Shown: positions 19,008 through 30,884 of the stretch, piece by piece | How the letters are laid out: every line of letters begins with the position of its first letter | Position numbering within the stretch: position 1 is the stretch's first letter | Assembly (NCBI GenBank): GCA_963846545.1 | Contig: CAWJWG010000001.1 | Location: 1,162,055-1,226,054, forward strand | From: an uncultured Gemmatimonadales bacterium | GTDB lineage: Bacteria > Gemmatimonadota > Gemmatimonadetes > Gemmatimonadales > GWC2-71-9 | Reading direction: 5' to 3' | DNA length: 64,000 nucleotides | Notes under the pieces: model-generated | Database searches by the model: none | The model's input: the letters and a program-made list of their open reading frames with translations, nothing else | Told to the model about the DNA's origin: nothing | Made by a program: the position numbers and the translations under genes

Positions 19008-20378
19008 ATGGATCTGTTCAACCCCGCGGATAAGCGCCCCGTCCACTTCCTGGGAATCGGCGGGGCGGGGATGAGCGCTCTGGCGCTGATCGCGTACCGC
19101 CGCGGTGTGGTGGTGACGGGATGTGATGCCGATCCTTCGGGAGCGGCGGATCTGAGCGCACTCGGGGTGCGCATTCACACAGGTCACGATCCATCCCACC
19201 TCGAAGGCGCCCGTGCCGTGGTCGTGACCGCCGCCGTCCCCGCGGATCACGCCGAGCTGCGCCGGGCTCGTGAGTTGGACCTGCCTGTGGTTCCGAGGAA
19301 GGTCGCCCTGGCCGCACTCGTGGGTGGTGCCAGGTCGGTCGGCGTGTCTGGCACCCACGGGAAGACCACCACCACCGTCATGACTACCGAAGCACTCGCC
19401 GCCGCGGGCCTCAGCCCGACGGGGCTCGCCGGCGGTCGTGTCGCGGCCTGGGGTGGCAATGCCCGGATCGATGGGGACGCGCTGTTCGTGGTCGAGGCGG
19501 ACGAATACGACCAGGCCTTCCTGACGCTGCACCCGACGGTCGCGATCGTGAACAACGTCGAAGCGGATCATCTCGAGTGCTACGGCTCGGTCGAGGCGCT
19601 CGAGGACGCGTTCGTCGAGTTCGCGGGACGGGCTCGCGTGGCACTGGTGAGCGCGGACGATCCCGGCGCGCTCCGCGTGGGCGCCCGAGTGAAGGGCGCG
19701 CGGCGGTTCGGGTTCGCGCCCGACGCCGAGATCCTGATCAGCGATGTCACCCAGGGTGCGGGGGGGACCGAAGCCACGGTGACGTGGCACAGCGGACCCA
19801 CGGTGCGGGCCCACCTCCGTGTACCGGGTATCCACAACCTTCGGAACGCCGTCGGCGCGCTGAGTGCCGTGGAGGCGCTGGGCGGCGACCTGTCCCGCGC
19901 CGCGGATGCCCTCGCGGAGTTCTCGGGTGTCGGGCGCCGCTTCGAGCGACTGGGCGAGCACGGCGGCGTCGCCGTGGTGGACGACTACGCGCACCATCCG
20001 TCGGAGCTGGTGGCGACGCTGGCCGCGGCCCGCCAGGCATTCCCGGGGCGCCGACTGGTCGCGGTCTTCCAGCCTCACCTCTATTCCCGAACCATCGCGC
20101 ACGGAGACGCCATGGGGCAGGCACTGGCGGCGGCCGACCTGGTCTTCGTGACGGAGATCTATGCCGCGCGGGAGCAGCCGGTGCCCGGCGTGAGCGGCCG
20201 CCAGGTCGTGGAGGCCGCGGTCCGGGCCGGCGCCGACGCGCGCTTCGAAGGCGTTCGGGCGGACGTGGGACGTCACGTGCACCAGGCCCTGGAGCCGGGC
20301 GATGTCGTCCTGACGCTGGGTGCCGGTGATATCACACGCGTGGCGCCGGAGCTGGTCCGGTGGCTGAGCGCCGCCTGA
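19008..20378 (+). CDS. murC: UDP-N-acetylmuramate--L-alanine ligase MurC
   Basis: 456 aa with 'HFLGIGGAGMSALA', 'VSGTHGKTTTT' and 'DDYAHHPSE'. Confidence 0.9.
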   Translation: MDLFNPADKRPVHFLGIGGAGMSALALIAYRRGVVVTGCDADPSGAADLSALGVRIHTGHDPSHLEGARAVVVTAAVPADHAELRRARELDLPVVPRKVALAALVGGARSVGVSGTHGKTTTTVMTTEALAAAGLSPTGLAGGRVAAWGGNARIDGDALFVVEADEYDQAFLTLHPTVAIVNNVEADHLECYGSVEALEDAFVEFAGRARVALVSADDPGALRVGARVKGARRFGFAPDAEILISDVTQGAGGTEATVTWHSGPTVRAHLRVPGIHNLRNAVGALSAVEALGGDLSRAADALAEFSGVGRRFERLGEHGGVAVVDDYAHHPSELVATLAAARQAFPGRRLVAVFQPHLYSRTIAHGDAMGQALAAADLVFVTEIYAAREQPVPGVSGRQVVEAAVRAGADARFEGVRADVGRHVHQALEPGDVVLTLGAGDITRVAPELVRWLSAA

Positions 20379-21049
20379 GCCGCCGACCGGCGTACGTCGG
20401 CGCGGCCGTGGTCGCGCTCGCGCTCTGGTTCGCGCTGCCGTTCGGTCTTCGCCATCTCGACTTCTTCCGAGTCCGAAGGCTGGAAATCGTCGGACTCCAG
20501 TACCTCGGTGCCACCAGCGTGGTGGCCGCCGCAAGGATTCCGCCCAAGGTCAGCGTCTTCGACGACCACGCGCCGATCGCGGCGCGGCTCAGAACCCTGC
20601 CGGGCGTACGCGATGCCCGTGTGGGCAGCCGAGCCCCGGGCACGCTCCGCATCGAGCTGGACGAGGCGGCCCCGGTCGCGCTCACGCCGCGAGGTGATCG
20701 GATGGCGCTGGTGGACGATCGGGCGCGAGTCCTGCCCTTTGATCCCCTCGGCTCCGCGCCCGATTTGCCGGTGCTGATCGGCGGCGGTGCGGCGGTGGCG
20801 GGCGCCCTTGGCCGGGCGCGCGAGTACGATCCCGCGTTGTTCGCACGGATCGACGCGGCGTGGCGGGTCGGACCCGATGTAATCTTCGAGGTCGGGGGAC
20901 GGTGGCTCAGATTCGGATCCAGTCTGACGGCGGAGGACATTCGAGCGGTGACGGCCGTGGAGCAGACGCTCGCCCGGGAGGGCCGCGCGTATCAGGAGCT
21001 CGATGGGCGATTCGCCGGCCAGGTGGTCGTGCGGCAGGGCCGCGCATGA
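20360..21049 (+). CDS. ftsQ: Cell-division protein FtsQ
   Basis: 229 aa with an N-terminal TM helix and a POTRA-like segment ('FRVRRLEIVGLQYL'). It sits between murC and ftsA. Confidence 0.75.
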   Translation: MAERRLSRRPAYVGAAVVALALWFALPFGLRHLDFFRVRRLEIVGLQYLGATSVVAAARIPPKVSVFDDHAPIAARLRTLPGVRDARVGSRAPGTLRIELDEAAPVALTPRGDRMALVDDRARVLPFDPLGSAPDLPVLIGGGAAVAGALGRAREYDPALFARIDAAWRVGPDVIFEVGGRWLRFGSSLTAEDIRAVTAVEQTLAREGRAYQELDGRFAGQVVVRQGRA

Positions 21050-22299
21050 GTGCCCACCCTCAGCGCCTCGTCTCCGCGCTCGATCTCGGCTCGACCAAGG
21101 CGGTCGCGTTGATCGCCGAAGTCACCGGCGATCCCCGGGATGCCGGATGCCGGATCCTCGGCGTGGGCGTCGAGCGAAGCGGCGGCATCCGGCGCGGCGT
21201 GGTGCGCGACATCGAGGAGACCACGCGCGCCATCGACAAGGCCATGAAGAGCGCCCAGCGCATGGCGGGGGTGCAGGTCGGGTCGGTCTACTGCGGCATC
21301 GCGGGGGAGCACGTCGCGGGACGGAGCTCCCACGGCATGGTGTCCGTCACCGGCGACGAGATCCGGACCAGCGACGTGGCGCGGGTGAACGACATGGCGA
21401 GCAACATCAGCTTCGGCCGCGACCACGAGCTGCTGCACGCCATCCCGCAGGACTACCTGATCGATCAGCAGGGCGGAATCAACGAGCCGATCGGCATGAC
21501 CGGCTCGCGGCTCGAGGCCGAGGTCTACCTGGTGACCGTGCTGAGCAGCGTTCTGCAGAACCTCCGGAAGTGCGTCGAGCGGGCGGGGTACCATGTGGCC
21601 GAGTTCGTGCTCGAGCCGCTGGCCGCGTCGCTGGCCGTGCTCACGCCGGACGAGATCGAGCTGGGGTGCGCCGTCGTGGAGCTCGGCGGGGGCTCGACCA
21701 ACGTCTCGATTTTCCACAACGGCAAGATCCGACACACCGGCTCGCTGCTCTGCGCCGGCGGGCACGTCACCGCGGACATCGTGCACGGCCTTCAGGTCAC
21801 GCAGCTCGACGCCGAGCGGCTCAAGGAGCGGCACGGCGCCGGCTTCGAGCCGCTGGTGCCCGAGAGCGACGTGATCGACCTGCCCAGCACGCCCGGACAG
21901 GGGGCCCGCAACGCGCAGCGGCGGGTTCTCGCCCATATCATGCACATGCGGCTGCAGGAAGTACTCGAGTACGCGCTGGATGAAGTGACGCGTGCAGGCT
22001 ATCATCAGCGCTTACCGGCGGGAGTCATCCTCACAGGCGGCGGCGCGTTGACGCCGGGTATCGTGGAGCTGGCGCGTGAGGTCTTCGCGATGCCCGCGCG
22101 CACGGGTGTACCGGGCCAGCGGCTCCGCGGCCTCGCGGACAGTGTGGAATCTCCCCGCATGGCGGTACCCGCAGGGCTGGTGCTGTATGGCGCCAGGCAG
22201 GTTGCGATGAGCGGCGGTCTGGGATCCGGCAGCCGCAAATCGCCGGCGGTCGAGAAGGTGCTCGCTCCGGTTAAGCGGTGGCTCCAGGACTTCTTCTGA
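21046..22299 (+). CDS. ftsA: Cell-division protein FtsA
   Basis: The ATG at 21046 overlaps the ftsQ stop (ATGA). It has the actin-like motifs '[15 protein letters not shown]' and '[13 protein letters not shown]', plus a C-terminal amphipathic helix '[13 protein letters not shown]'. Confidence 0.9.
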   Translation: MSAHPQRLVSALDLGSTKAVALIAEVTGDPRDAGCRILGVGVERSGGIRRGVVRDIEETTRAIDKAMKSAQRMAGVQVGSVYCGIAGEHVAGRSSHGMVSVTGDEIRTSDVARVNDMASNISFGRDHELLHAIPQDYLIDQQGGINEPIGMTGSRLEAEVYLVTVLSSVLQNLRKCVERAGYHVAEFVLEPLAASLAVLTPDEIELGCAVVELGGGSTNVSIFHNGKIRHTGSLLCAGGHVTADIVHGLQVTQLDAERLKERHGAGFEPLVPESDVIDLPSTPGQGARNAQRRVLAHIMHMRLQEVLEYALDEVTRAGYHQRLPAGVILTGGGALTPGIVELAREVFAMPARTGVPGQRLRGLADSVESPRMAVPAGLVLYGARQVAMSGGLGSGSRKSPAVEKVLAPVKRWLQDFF

Positions 22300-22321
22300 G
22301 CAGGGCCCGGGGGAACCAACC

Positions 22322-23508
<1,187 letters not shown>

Positions 23509-23509
<1 letters not shown>

Positions 23510-24783
23510 TGCGGGGGCTGCGGCTGGCCGGAGGGCTCGTACTTCTGGCCTCGGCAGCCGTGGTGCTCGGAGTTCGGCGTCCGTGGCAGTCGGCCCCGCT
23601 CCAGGTCGCCGAGCCCATCGAGGTGGTGGCGGACCTCTCCACCGAGATCCTCGACACGCTCCGGCGCGGCGAGACCGTCTCCGAGCTGCTGGCCCGCCAG
23701 GGAGTGCTCGACCTCGATCTCGGCCGGCTCAACCCCGGCGTCCTTCTCGATCCCCGCAGGCTTCGATCCGGACTGGTGTTCAGTTTTCGCCGACCCGCGT
23801 CCGACTCGCTCCCCAACCGCATCACCGTCCGTGCCACGCCCGAACACCGCGTGGTGTTCATGCGGGCGTCTGACGGGTGGAACACGGCGGTGGACTCGAT
23901 CCACTGGCGCAGCGAGCCATTCCGAATCGAAGGCGGGATCGAGAACTCGCTGTACGAGGCCATCGACGCTCAGGTGAGCGACGATCAGCTGGACGGGGCG
24001 CAGCGACAGCGGCTCGCCTGGGACCTGGCCGACATCTACGCCTGGCAGGTGGACTTCACCCGCGACGTGCAGAACGGCGACCGGTTCCGCGTCGTCTTCA
24101 ATCGGATGATCTCGGAGGACGGGGAAGTGCGCTTCGGGAGGGTGCTGGCCAGCGACCTCACGATGTCGGGCAAGAGCATGACCGCTTTCCGATTCGAGGG
24201 CGGGGCGCGACCGACGTTCTACGACAACGACGGGAAGTCATTGCGGCGCGCGTTCCTCCGTGCGCCGGTGCAGTTCCGCCGGATATCTTCCACCTTCGCC
24301 CGCTCGCGTCGGCATCCGGTGCTCGGCATCACCCGGCGGCACCAGGGCACCGACTACGCGGCCTCCCCGGGCACGCCGGTGATGGCGGCAGGGGACGGAG
24401 TCGTCCTCCGCGCCGGTCGCGCAGGGGGCTACGGTAACCTGATCGAGCTCCGACACCGGAACGGGATCACCACGCGCTATGGACACCTGCGCGGCTTCGC
24501 GCGCGGGGTCCGAGGCGGTGCGCGGGTGTCGCAGGGCCAGACCATCGGCTTCGTGGGCTCGACCGGCCTCGCGAGCGGTCCGCATCTCCACTACGAATTC
24601 CGGGTCAACGGCGTCGCGAAGGACGCGCGGCGGGTGGAGCTGGGCAACGGCGCACCCATCGCCGAGACCGAGCGGGTGGCGTTCGAGCGCGAGCGCGACC
24701 GCCTGCGCGGCATGCTCGACGCGACGCCGACCGGGGCGATCGCTCAGGCACAGGCCGACACCAGCGATCGGTGGCTTCCGTAG
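23509..24783 (+). CDS. M23-family peptidoglycan metalloendopeptidase (membrane-anchored)
   Basis: 424 aa with an N-terminal anchor ('LAGGLVLLASAAVVLG') and a C-terminal LytM/M23 domain ('HQGTDYAASPGTPVMAAGDGVV', 'GYGNLIELRH', 'GSTGLASGPHLHYEF'). Its start shares one nt with the ftsZ stop (TGATG). Confidence 0.85.
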
Positions 24784-24793
24784 TGCGCCCCTA

Positions 24794-25519
24794 GTGGACC
24801 TATATCCCGCCATCGACATCCGGAGCGGCCGCGTCGTTCGCCTGAGCCAGGGCGAGGCGACGCGGCAAACCGTTTATGGGACCGATCCCGCCGCGGTCGC
24901 CGAGCGATTCGCCGATCAGGGCGCCCGGTGGATCCACGTGGTGGACCTCGACCGGGCGTTCGGTGACGGCGACAACGAAGCCACCGTTCGGAGCATCGTT
25001 GCCCGGGTGGAAGGGCGCGTTCGGGTGCAGACGGGAGGAGGTTTCCGCTCCCTCGCGGCCATTCGCCACGGCCTCGACCTGGGCGTCGCGCGAGTGGTCA
25101 TCGGAACCGCGGCCGCGCTCGACCCCGACTTCCTGGCCGCGGCCGCCGCGGCAGTGACGGGTGACCGCCTCGCCGCGGGAGTGGACGTGCGCGGCGGGAT
25201 GGTGGCGGTTCGGGGGTGGACCGAGACGTCGGACCTCCGTGCCGGCGACCTGGCGGCTCGCGCGCTGGCCGCGGGGATAGCCACCGTGATCTACACGGAC
25301 GTCGCCCGCGACGGGATGCTCGAAGGTCCTGACATCCCGGGCGCCGTCGCCCTCAGCCGGCAGGGAGCGCAGGTGATCGCGAGCGGTGGGATCTCATCGC
25401 TGGACGACGTACGCGCTGTCGCCGAGGCCGGCCTCGCGGGAGCCATCGTGGGACGCGCGCTGTACGAAGGGCGGCTCGATCTCGAACAGGCCCTCGCGAT
25501 CGGGCCCACGCTCGGCTGA
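24794..25519 (+). CDS. hisA: Phosphoribosylformimino-5-aminoimidazole carboxamide ribotide isomerase HisA
   Basis: The GTG at 24794 gives 'LYPAIDIRSGRVVRL', 'HVVDLDRAFG', 'QTGGGFRS' and 'ASGGISSLDDV...GAIVGRALYEG'. The listed 24479 start is a frame extension over the M23 gene. Confidence 0.85.
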   Translation: MDLYPAIDIRSGRVVRLSQGEATRQTVYGTDPAAVAERFADQGARWIHVVDLDRAFGDGDNEATVRSIVARVEGRVRVQTGGGFRSLAAIRHGLDLGVARVVIGTAAALDPDFLAAAAAAVTGDRLAAGVDVRGGMVAVRGWTETSDLRAGDLAARALAAGIATVIYTDVARDGMLEGPDIPGAVALSRQGAQVIASGGISSLDDVRAVAEAGLAGAIVGRALYEGRLDLEQALAIGPTLG

Positions 25520-27324
25520 TGGTCGCCGCCGGGCTGGTCATCGCGCTGGCCGCCGGTCTGGCAGCGCTTACCTATCTCAAGCTCGAAGCACTCGGCCGCC
25601 GCGCCTGGCTTCCCCTGACCGCGCGCGCGGTGGCGTGGTCGGCGATCGGCCTCCTGCTCCTCAACGTCGGCTGTCCGGTCGCGGCGCGGCCCGAACGCCC
25701 GCTCGTGCTGCTCGACGCCTCGCTCAGCATGAGCGGACCGGCGGGGCGGTGGGCGGAGGCTCGCGATTCCGCGCGTGCGCGAGGAGATGTGCGCACCTTC
25801 GGCGACGAGTCGGGTGCCGGGAGCGACACGCTGCCGGTGCGAGGACGGTCGCTGCTCCGGCCTGCGCTCACCGCGGCCGCCGCCTCCAACCGACCGGTCG
25901 TCGTCGTCACCGATGGCGAGATCGAGGACGCGGCCGACATGCCGCCCGAGCTGGTGCGCCGCGCGGCGATCACCGTGCTGCCCCGGCAGCCGCGTCCCGA
26001 TATCGCGTTGACCCAGCTCGCCGGCCCGACCCGGGTCACCGCGGGCGACTCGGTCGCGCTCGACCTGGAGATCCAGCGGGTGGGCGGCGCGACGGCGGAT
26101 ACCTTGTCGGTGGAGGTGGCGCTCGGGAGTCGCGTGCTGACGAGACGGCGCGTTCGGCTGCACGAGGAGGCGGTCGCTCGTCCCCGGGTGGCATTCTCCT
26201 CCACAGCTATAGGGCCGGGCGAGCATGTGCTGCGCGTGCGCCTGGCCGGCGCGTCCGACGCCGAGCCGAGAACCGATGCGCGCCTTCACCTGGTCACCGT
26301 CGCGGCGACGCCTGGCGTCGTGCTTCTCGCCGCGACAGCGGACTGGGACGGCAGGTTTCTCTACAAGACGCTGCGCGAGGTGGCCCAGCTTCCTGTGCGG
26401 GGCTACGTCCGGCTCGACGGCCAGCGCTGGCGCTCGATGGCCGACTTGAGGGTCGTCGCGACAGACCGGGTGCGGCAGGCCGCTCGGGGCGCTGATCTGC
26501 TGATTCTGCGGGGCGATCCGGGACCGGTGGCCGAGGGAAGCGGCGCGCGCGGCGTGTGGCGGTGGCCCAGCGGTGAGACCGGAGCTGCACGCACGGCGGG
26601 AGACTGGTACCTGGCGGGATCGGAGGTGTCACCCATCGCGGGGGCATTCGTCGGTCAGCCGGTGGACTCCTACCCGCCCGCGACCCAGCTAGTACCCCTG
26701 GAGACGGTGCCGGGCGACTGGATCGGCCTCACCGCGCAGCTCGGCAGGAGGGGGGCGGCGCGTCCCGCCGTCGTGGGTCGGCAGCGTGGGAGGGTGCGGA
26801 CGGTCCTGGTCGGTGCCGAGGGTCTCTGGCGCTGGGCGTTCCGTGGAGGTCCGAGCGAGCAGAGCTATCGCACCTGGGTCGCCTCGACGGCGAGCTGGCT
26901 GCTCGGTGGGGGCGACTCGGCGCGGGGCGTCGCTGCGCCCATCCGCCCGGTCGTGCAGAACGGCCGACCGGTGGTCTTCGAGTGGACCGGTCGCGGCGCC
27001 GCAGTTCCGACGGCAGTGGCCTGGATCGGCTCGGAAGGACCACGCGAGGACACGCTGCGATTCGATGGCGCCGGGCGCGCCGGTGTCCTGCTCCCGCCGG
27101 GTGAATACCGATACCGACTCACCGGGGGCGGCGGCGGAGCGGTCGGGGTGGAGGAGTTCAGCGACGAGCTGCTTCCGTCGCCGGTGACGCTGACGTCCCG
27201 CCCCGCGAGCATGCCGCCGGCGGAGGGACACAGCGCCGCGCGCGACTGGCTCTGGCTCTTCGCCCTGGCCGTCGCCGCACTGGGCATGGAATGGGTCGCG
27301 CGCCGACGCCTCGGGCTGCGATGA
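25519..27324 (+). CDS. Membrane protein with a degenerate vWA/MIDAS-like region
   Basis: 601 aa with two N-terminal TM helices and one C-terminal TM helix. 'LVLLDASLSMSG' matches the DxSxS pattern and 'VVVVTDGEIED' follows. The family assignment (Bat-like) comes from motif memory only. Confidence 0.5.
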   Translation: MVAAGLVIALAAGLAALTYLKLEALGRRAWLPLTARAVAWSAIGLLLLNVGCPVAARPERPLVLLDASLSMSGPAGRWAEARDSARARGDVRTFGDESGAGSDTLPVRGRSLLRPALTAAAASNRPVVVVTDGEIEDAADMPPELVRRAAITVLPRQPRPDIALTQLAGPTRVTAGDSVALDLEIQRVGGATADTLSVEVALGSRVLTRRRVRLHEEAVARPRVAFSSTAIGPGEHVLRVRLAGASDAEPRTDARLHLVTVAATPGVVLLAATADWDGRFLYKTLREVAQLPVRGYVRLDGQRWRSMADLRVVATDRVRQAARGADLLILRGDPGPVAEGSGARGVWRWPSGETGAARTAGDWYLAGSEVSPIAGAFVGQPVDSYPPATQLVPLETVPGDWIGLTAQLGRRGAARPAVVGRQRGRVRTVLVGAEGLWRWAFRGGPSEQSYRTWVASTASWLLGGGDSARGVAAPIRPVVQNGRPVVFEWTGRGAAVPTAVAWIGSEGPREDTLRFDGAGRAGVLLPPGEYRYRLTGGGGGAVGVEEFSDELLPSPVTLTSRPASMPPAEGHSAARDWLWLFALAVAALGMEWVARRRLGLR

Positions 27325-27328
27325 CGGG

Positions 27329-28270
27329 GTGTTAGGATTCAGCATGGCTGACGGCAGAATGAAGGATCGCAATGAAGGCTTGTGGACGCGGATCAAGCGG
27401 TTCGCGCTCACCGACGTCGGCGCGCTCGTGCGCGGGCTCAATGCCGACGATCTCGAGCGCATGGAGCGGGTGCTGATCGAGGCCGATTTCGGCGTGCCGG
27501 CAACGATGGAGCTGACCCAGGCGCTCGAAGACGAGGTGCGGAAAGGGAAGGTCAAGACCGAGCAGGATCTCCGGGTGGCGCTGGAAAGCCGCCTGGCCGC
27601 CTTGCTCGATGGCTCCAGGGATCCGGGCGCCATCGCCCAAAGCGCCGACGGTCCCACGGTCATTCTGCTGATCGGCGTCAACGGCACCGGCAAGACCACC
27701 ACCGCGGCCAAGCTCGCTCGCCGACTGCAGCGGGAAGGGCGAAAGGTGCTGCTGGCCGCGGCGGATACCTACCGGGCCGGCGCCATCGGGCAGCTCCAGG
27801 TATGGGCCGAACGCATCGGGGTGCCCTGCGTCGCCGGCGCGCCCGGCGGGGATCCGGCGGCCGTGGCATTCGACGCGATCGAGGCCGCGAGCTCGCGTGG
27901 GCTCGACACCGTGATCATCGACACGGCCGGGCGTCTCCACACGCAGGAGGGTCTCATGGACGAGCTGCGCAAGGTGGTGCGGGTCGTCGCCCGGCGCCTT
28001 CCCGGCGCGCCCCATGAGATTCTATTGGTTCTCGACGGCACCGTCGGGCAGAACGCCATCCAGCAGGGTCGGTTGTTCGTGGAGGCGGTCTCGCCGACGG
28101 GGGTCGTGGTCACCAAGCTCGACGGCACCGCCCGAGGTGGAGCGGTCACGGCCTTGAGGCGAGAGCTGGGGCTGCCCATCCGCTTCATCGGGGTCGGGGA
28201 GTCACTCGATGACCTGAATGCGTTCGACGCCAGGCGGTTCGCGGAACACCTGCTGACTGGATCGTCCTAG
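27329..28270 (+). CDS. ftsY: Signal recognition particle receptor FtsY
   Basis: 'LLIGVNGTGKTTTAAKLA', 'DTYRAGA', 'IIDTAGR' and 'VVTKLDGTARGG'. The start could be GTG 27329 or ATG 27344. Confidence 0.9.
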   Translation: MLGFSMADGRMKDRNEGLWTRIKRFALTDVGALVRGLNADDLERMERVLIEADFGVPATMELTQALEDEVRKGKVKTEQDLRVALESRLAALLDGSRDPGAIAQSADGPTVILLIGVNGTGKTTTAAKLARRLQREGRKVLLAAADTYRAGAIGQLQVWAERIGVPCVAGAPGGDPAAVAFDAIEAASSRGLDTVIIDTAGRLHTQEGLMDELRKVVRVVARRLPGAPHEILLVLDGTVGQNAIQQGRLFVEAVSPTGVVVTKLDGTARGGAVTALRRELGLPIRFIGVGESLDDLNAFDARRFAEHLLTGSS

Positions 28271-28299
28271 ACCCTCGAACCGAGGGACCCCTCCGGCCC

Positions 28300-30409
28300 A
28301 TGCCCCAGACACCCGCGTCCCGACCAGGTGCCCGAGCCTCGTCCGGGGTGCGTCTGGACACGCCCGTCAAGTTCCTCAAGGGGATCGGCGAGCGGCGCGC
28401 CGAGCAGCTCGAGCGGCTCGGCATCCGCACCGCGCAGGACCTGCTCTGGCACCTCCCCCACCGATACGTCGACGCGTCGTCCGTGACACCACTCGCCCGC
28501 GCCGAAATCGGCCAGGAGGTGGCGTGCGTCGGGCGAGTGGTGGCGAAAGGCGTGGTTCCGACCCGGCGGGGGCTCCGAATTTTTCATGCCGTGCTGCGCG
28601 ATGACAGTGGTGTGCTCGAATGCGTGTGGCCGGGCCAGGCGTTTCTCGATCGGACGATCGAGGTGGGACAGACACTGCTCGTGTCGGGCCCCGTGCGCTT
28701 CTATCATGGGAGGCAGCTCGCTCCACGGGAGTACATCGTGCTCGCCGAAGCCGAGGGTGAGCCGGATCCGCTGGCGGCGGGCAAGGTCCTGCCGGTCTAC
28801 CCCGCGACCGAAGGATTGAGCCACCGGATCATCCGGACTCTGGTCGAGCGGCACCTCGATCCGCTCATCGCACTGTCGCGCGATCCGATGCCCGAGTCGG
28901 TGCGCACCGCCGCCGGACTGGCCACCCTGGCCGAGGCGTTGCGAGCGGTGCACCGGCCGACCTCGGTTGAGGAGGCCGAGCGGGGACGCCGCCGACTGGC
29001 GTTCGACGAGCTGCTCGACCTCCAGCTGATGCTGATCCGGGCGCGGACCGTGGCCAAGCGCCAGCGAGTCGGTATCGCCTTCGAGGTGAAGCGCGACCTG
29101 ACGAGCCGGCTCCGTCAGGCGCTGCCCTGGACCCTCACGGCGGATCAGCAGCGCGCCCTCCGCGAGATCACCGCCGACATGACCGCGCCCGACCGCATGC
29201 ACCGGCTGCTGATGGGCGACGTGGGGACCGGCAAGACGGTGGTGGCGCTCTTCGCCATGCTGCTGGCGGTGGAGAACGACTTCCAGGCCGCGCTGATGGC
29301 GCCGACCGAGCTGCTGGCGGAGCAGCATGCCGCCACGCTCACCATGCTGCTCGAGCCGCTGGGCATCCGCCCCGAGCTGCTTCTCGGCCGTCAGACTGCG
29401 GCCGAGAAGACGGCGGTGCGCGCCCGGCTCGCCTCGGGACAGTCTCGACTGGCTGTTGGCACCCATGCCCTCATGCAGGAGAGCGTCTCGTTCCGGCGGC
29501 TGGGGCTCGTGGTCATCGACGAGCAGCATCGTTTCGGCGTGGAGCAGCGGGCCGCCCTCATCGGGAAGGGCGCCGCCCCCGACGTCCTGCTGCTCACCGC
29601 GACGCCGATCCCGCGCTCGCTCGCGCTCACGCTGTACGGCGATCTCGACGTCTCGACGCTTCGGGAGCGGCCGCCCGGGCGAGGCCCCGTCCGCACCGCC
29701 CTCCGGACCGCGAGCCAGCGGGAGAAGGTTTTCGACTTCGTGCGGCAGGAGTGCACCCACAGCCGGCAGGCGTACGTCGTCCTGCCCGTGATCGAGGAAT
29801 CGGAGAAGGCGGACCTCCGCGCGGCCACGACGATGGCGCAGTCGCTGGCGGCCCGGTGGCCCGAGCTCGCGGTCGGGCTGGTGCATGGCCGGATGAAGGC
29901 GGAGGAGCGGGACGAGACGATGCGGCGCTTCCGCGCGGGAGACTTGGCCGCACTCGTGGCCACCACCGTGATCGAGGTCGGCATCGACGTTCCCAACGCG
30001 ACGGTGATGGTGATCGACCATCCCGAGCGCTTCGGGCTCGCCCAGCTGCACCAGCTGCGGGGACGGATCGGGAGAGGGTCGGAGGAGAGCTACTGCATTC
30101 TGCTCGCGGACGGCCCGGGCTTCGACCGACTTCGGGCCTTTGCCGCGACCGACGACGGATTCAAGATCGCGGAGCTGGATCTGGCGGAGCGGGGGATGGG
30201 CGATCTGATCGGGGCCCGGCAGTCGGGCGGGTTCGAGCTCCGCCACGCCCGCCTCCCGATCGACGAGGACCTGCTCGTCACGGGCTCGCGAGCTCGCCAC
30301 GCGACTGATCGAGGCCGACCCGGCATTGCAGCGGTCGGAGCACCAGCCGCTCCGGGAACGCGCGGTCTCGCGCTATCCGAGGGCCGTGGAATTGTTCCGG
30401 GTGGGGTAG
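28300..30409 (+). pseudogene. recG: ATP-dependent DNA helicase RecG, with the reading frame broken near the 3' end (possibly a sequence artefact)
   Basis: It has a wedge/OB N-terminus and the helicase motifs 'GDVGTGKTVVA', 'DEQHRFG' and 'QLRGRIGRG'. After 'RLPIDEDLLVT', at the GGG run 30282-30284, the RecG-like C-terminus 'ARELATRLIEADPALQRSEHQPLRERAVSRYPRAVELFRVG*' continues in the +1 frame and stops at 30407-30409. Confidence 0.8.
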
Positions 30410-30428
30410 GGCCGCCCGTCCGGAGCCG

Positions 30429-30884
30429 TCACCATGGCACCCGGATACCAACACCGGTCGCGTGCCTCAGACTCCGCACCTCGGGCTCGAAGGGGATGTT
30501 GTCAGGCTTGTGGGTCTTCCGCGTCATCTCCAGCACGAACAGCGCGGCCGCGCCCAGCAGCACGGTTTCCCCGGCGATCAGCCAGCGGCGCGCGCTGCGG
30601 TCGTTGTGCAACGAGGTCTGGTAGAAGCCCTCGATCTCGCGATCGGCGTAGTCCCCGTCCGGCCCCAGGATGCAGCGGCTGGAATCGAGGAAGCACGCAT
30701 TCTCGACGGCGTCGAACGCGTCGTCGGCCCGGTTGTGCGCCCGGGCGGCGAGCAGATTCATGCCGATGGCCCCGGCGGCCAGCGCCCACTTGCCGTAGCG
30801 GATCAGCGGTCCGCTCTGTTGCGCCTGGGCGACGCCGTTGGAGAGGCACAACAATGCCAGCGCGGCGGTCAGGGCTCTCGTCAT
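30429..30884 (-). CDS. Small secreted/membrane protein (signal peptide + C-terminal TM helix)
   Basis: 151 aa starting '[22 protein letters not shown]', with a late hydrophobic helix 'WLIAGETVLLGAAALFVLEM'. Its ATG overlaps the stop of the upstream BamB-like gene (ATGA). This is the 3' part of the listed ORF 30429..31967. Confidence 0.5.
   Translation of the reverse strand: MTRALTAALALLCLSNGVAQAQQSGPLIRYGKWALAAGAIGMNLLAARAHNRADDAFDAVENACFLDSSRCILGPDGDYADREIEGFYQTSLHNDRSARRWLIAGETVLLGAAALFVLEMTRKTHKPDNIPFEPEVRSLRHATGVGIRVPW

Noticed and set aside
28267-30300. A 677-aa minus-strand ORF antisense to recG. ORFs of the same kind occur at 8027-9283, 14170-15672, 18999-20534, 22012-23904, 38849-40435, 51677-53428 and 58934-61270.
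   Set aside because: All lie opposite genes with clear family motifs, have low-complexity R/G/P/A composition, and carry no motifs of their own. I treat them as GC-driven artefacts, not as overlapping genes.
30285-30624. A roughly 110-aa C-terminal extension on RecG in the listed 774-aa ORF, which could be read as a novel fused domain.
   Set aside because: It is low-complexity, runs antisense through the convergent gene, and a RecG-like C-terminus exists in the +1 frame. It is read-through caused by a frame break.
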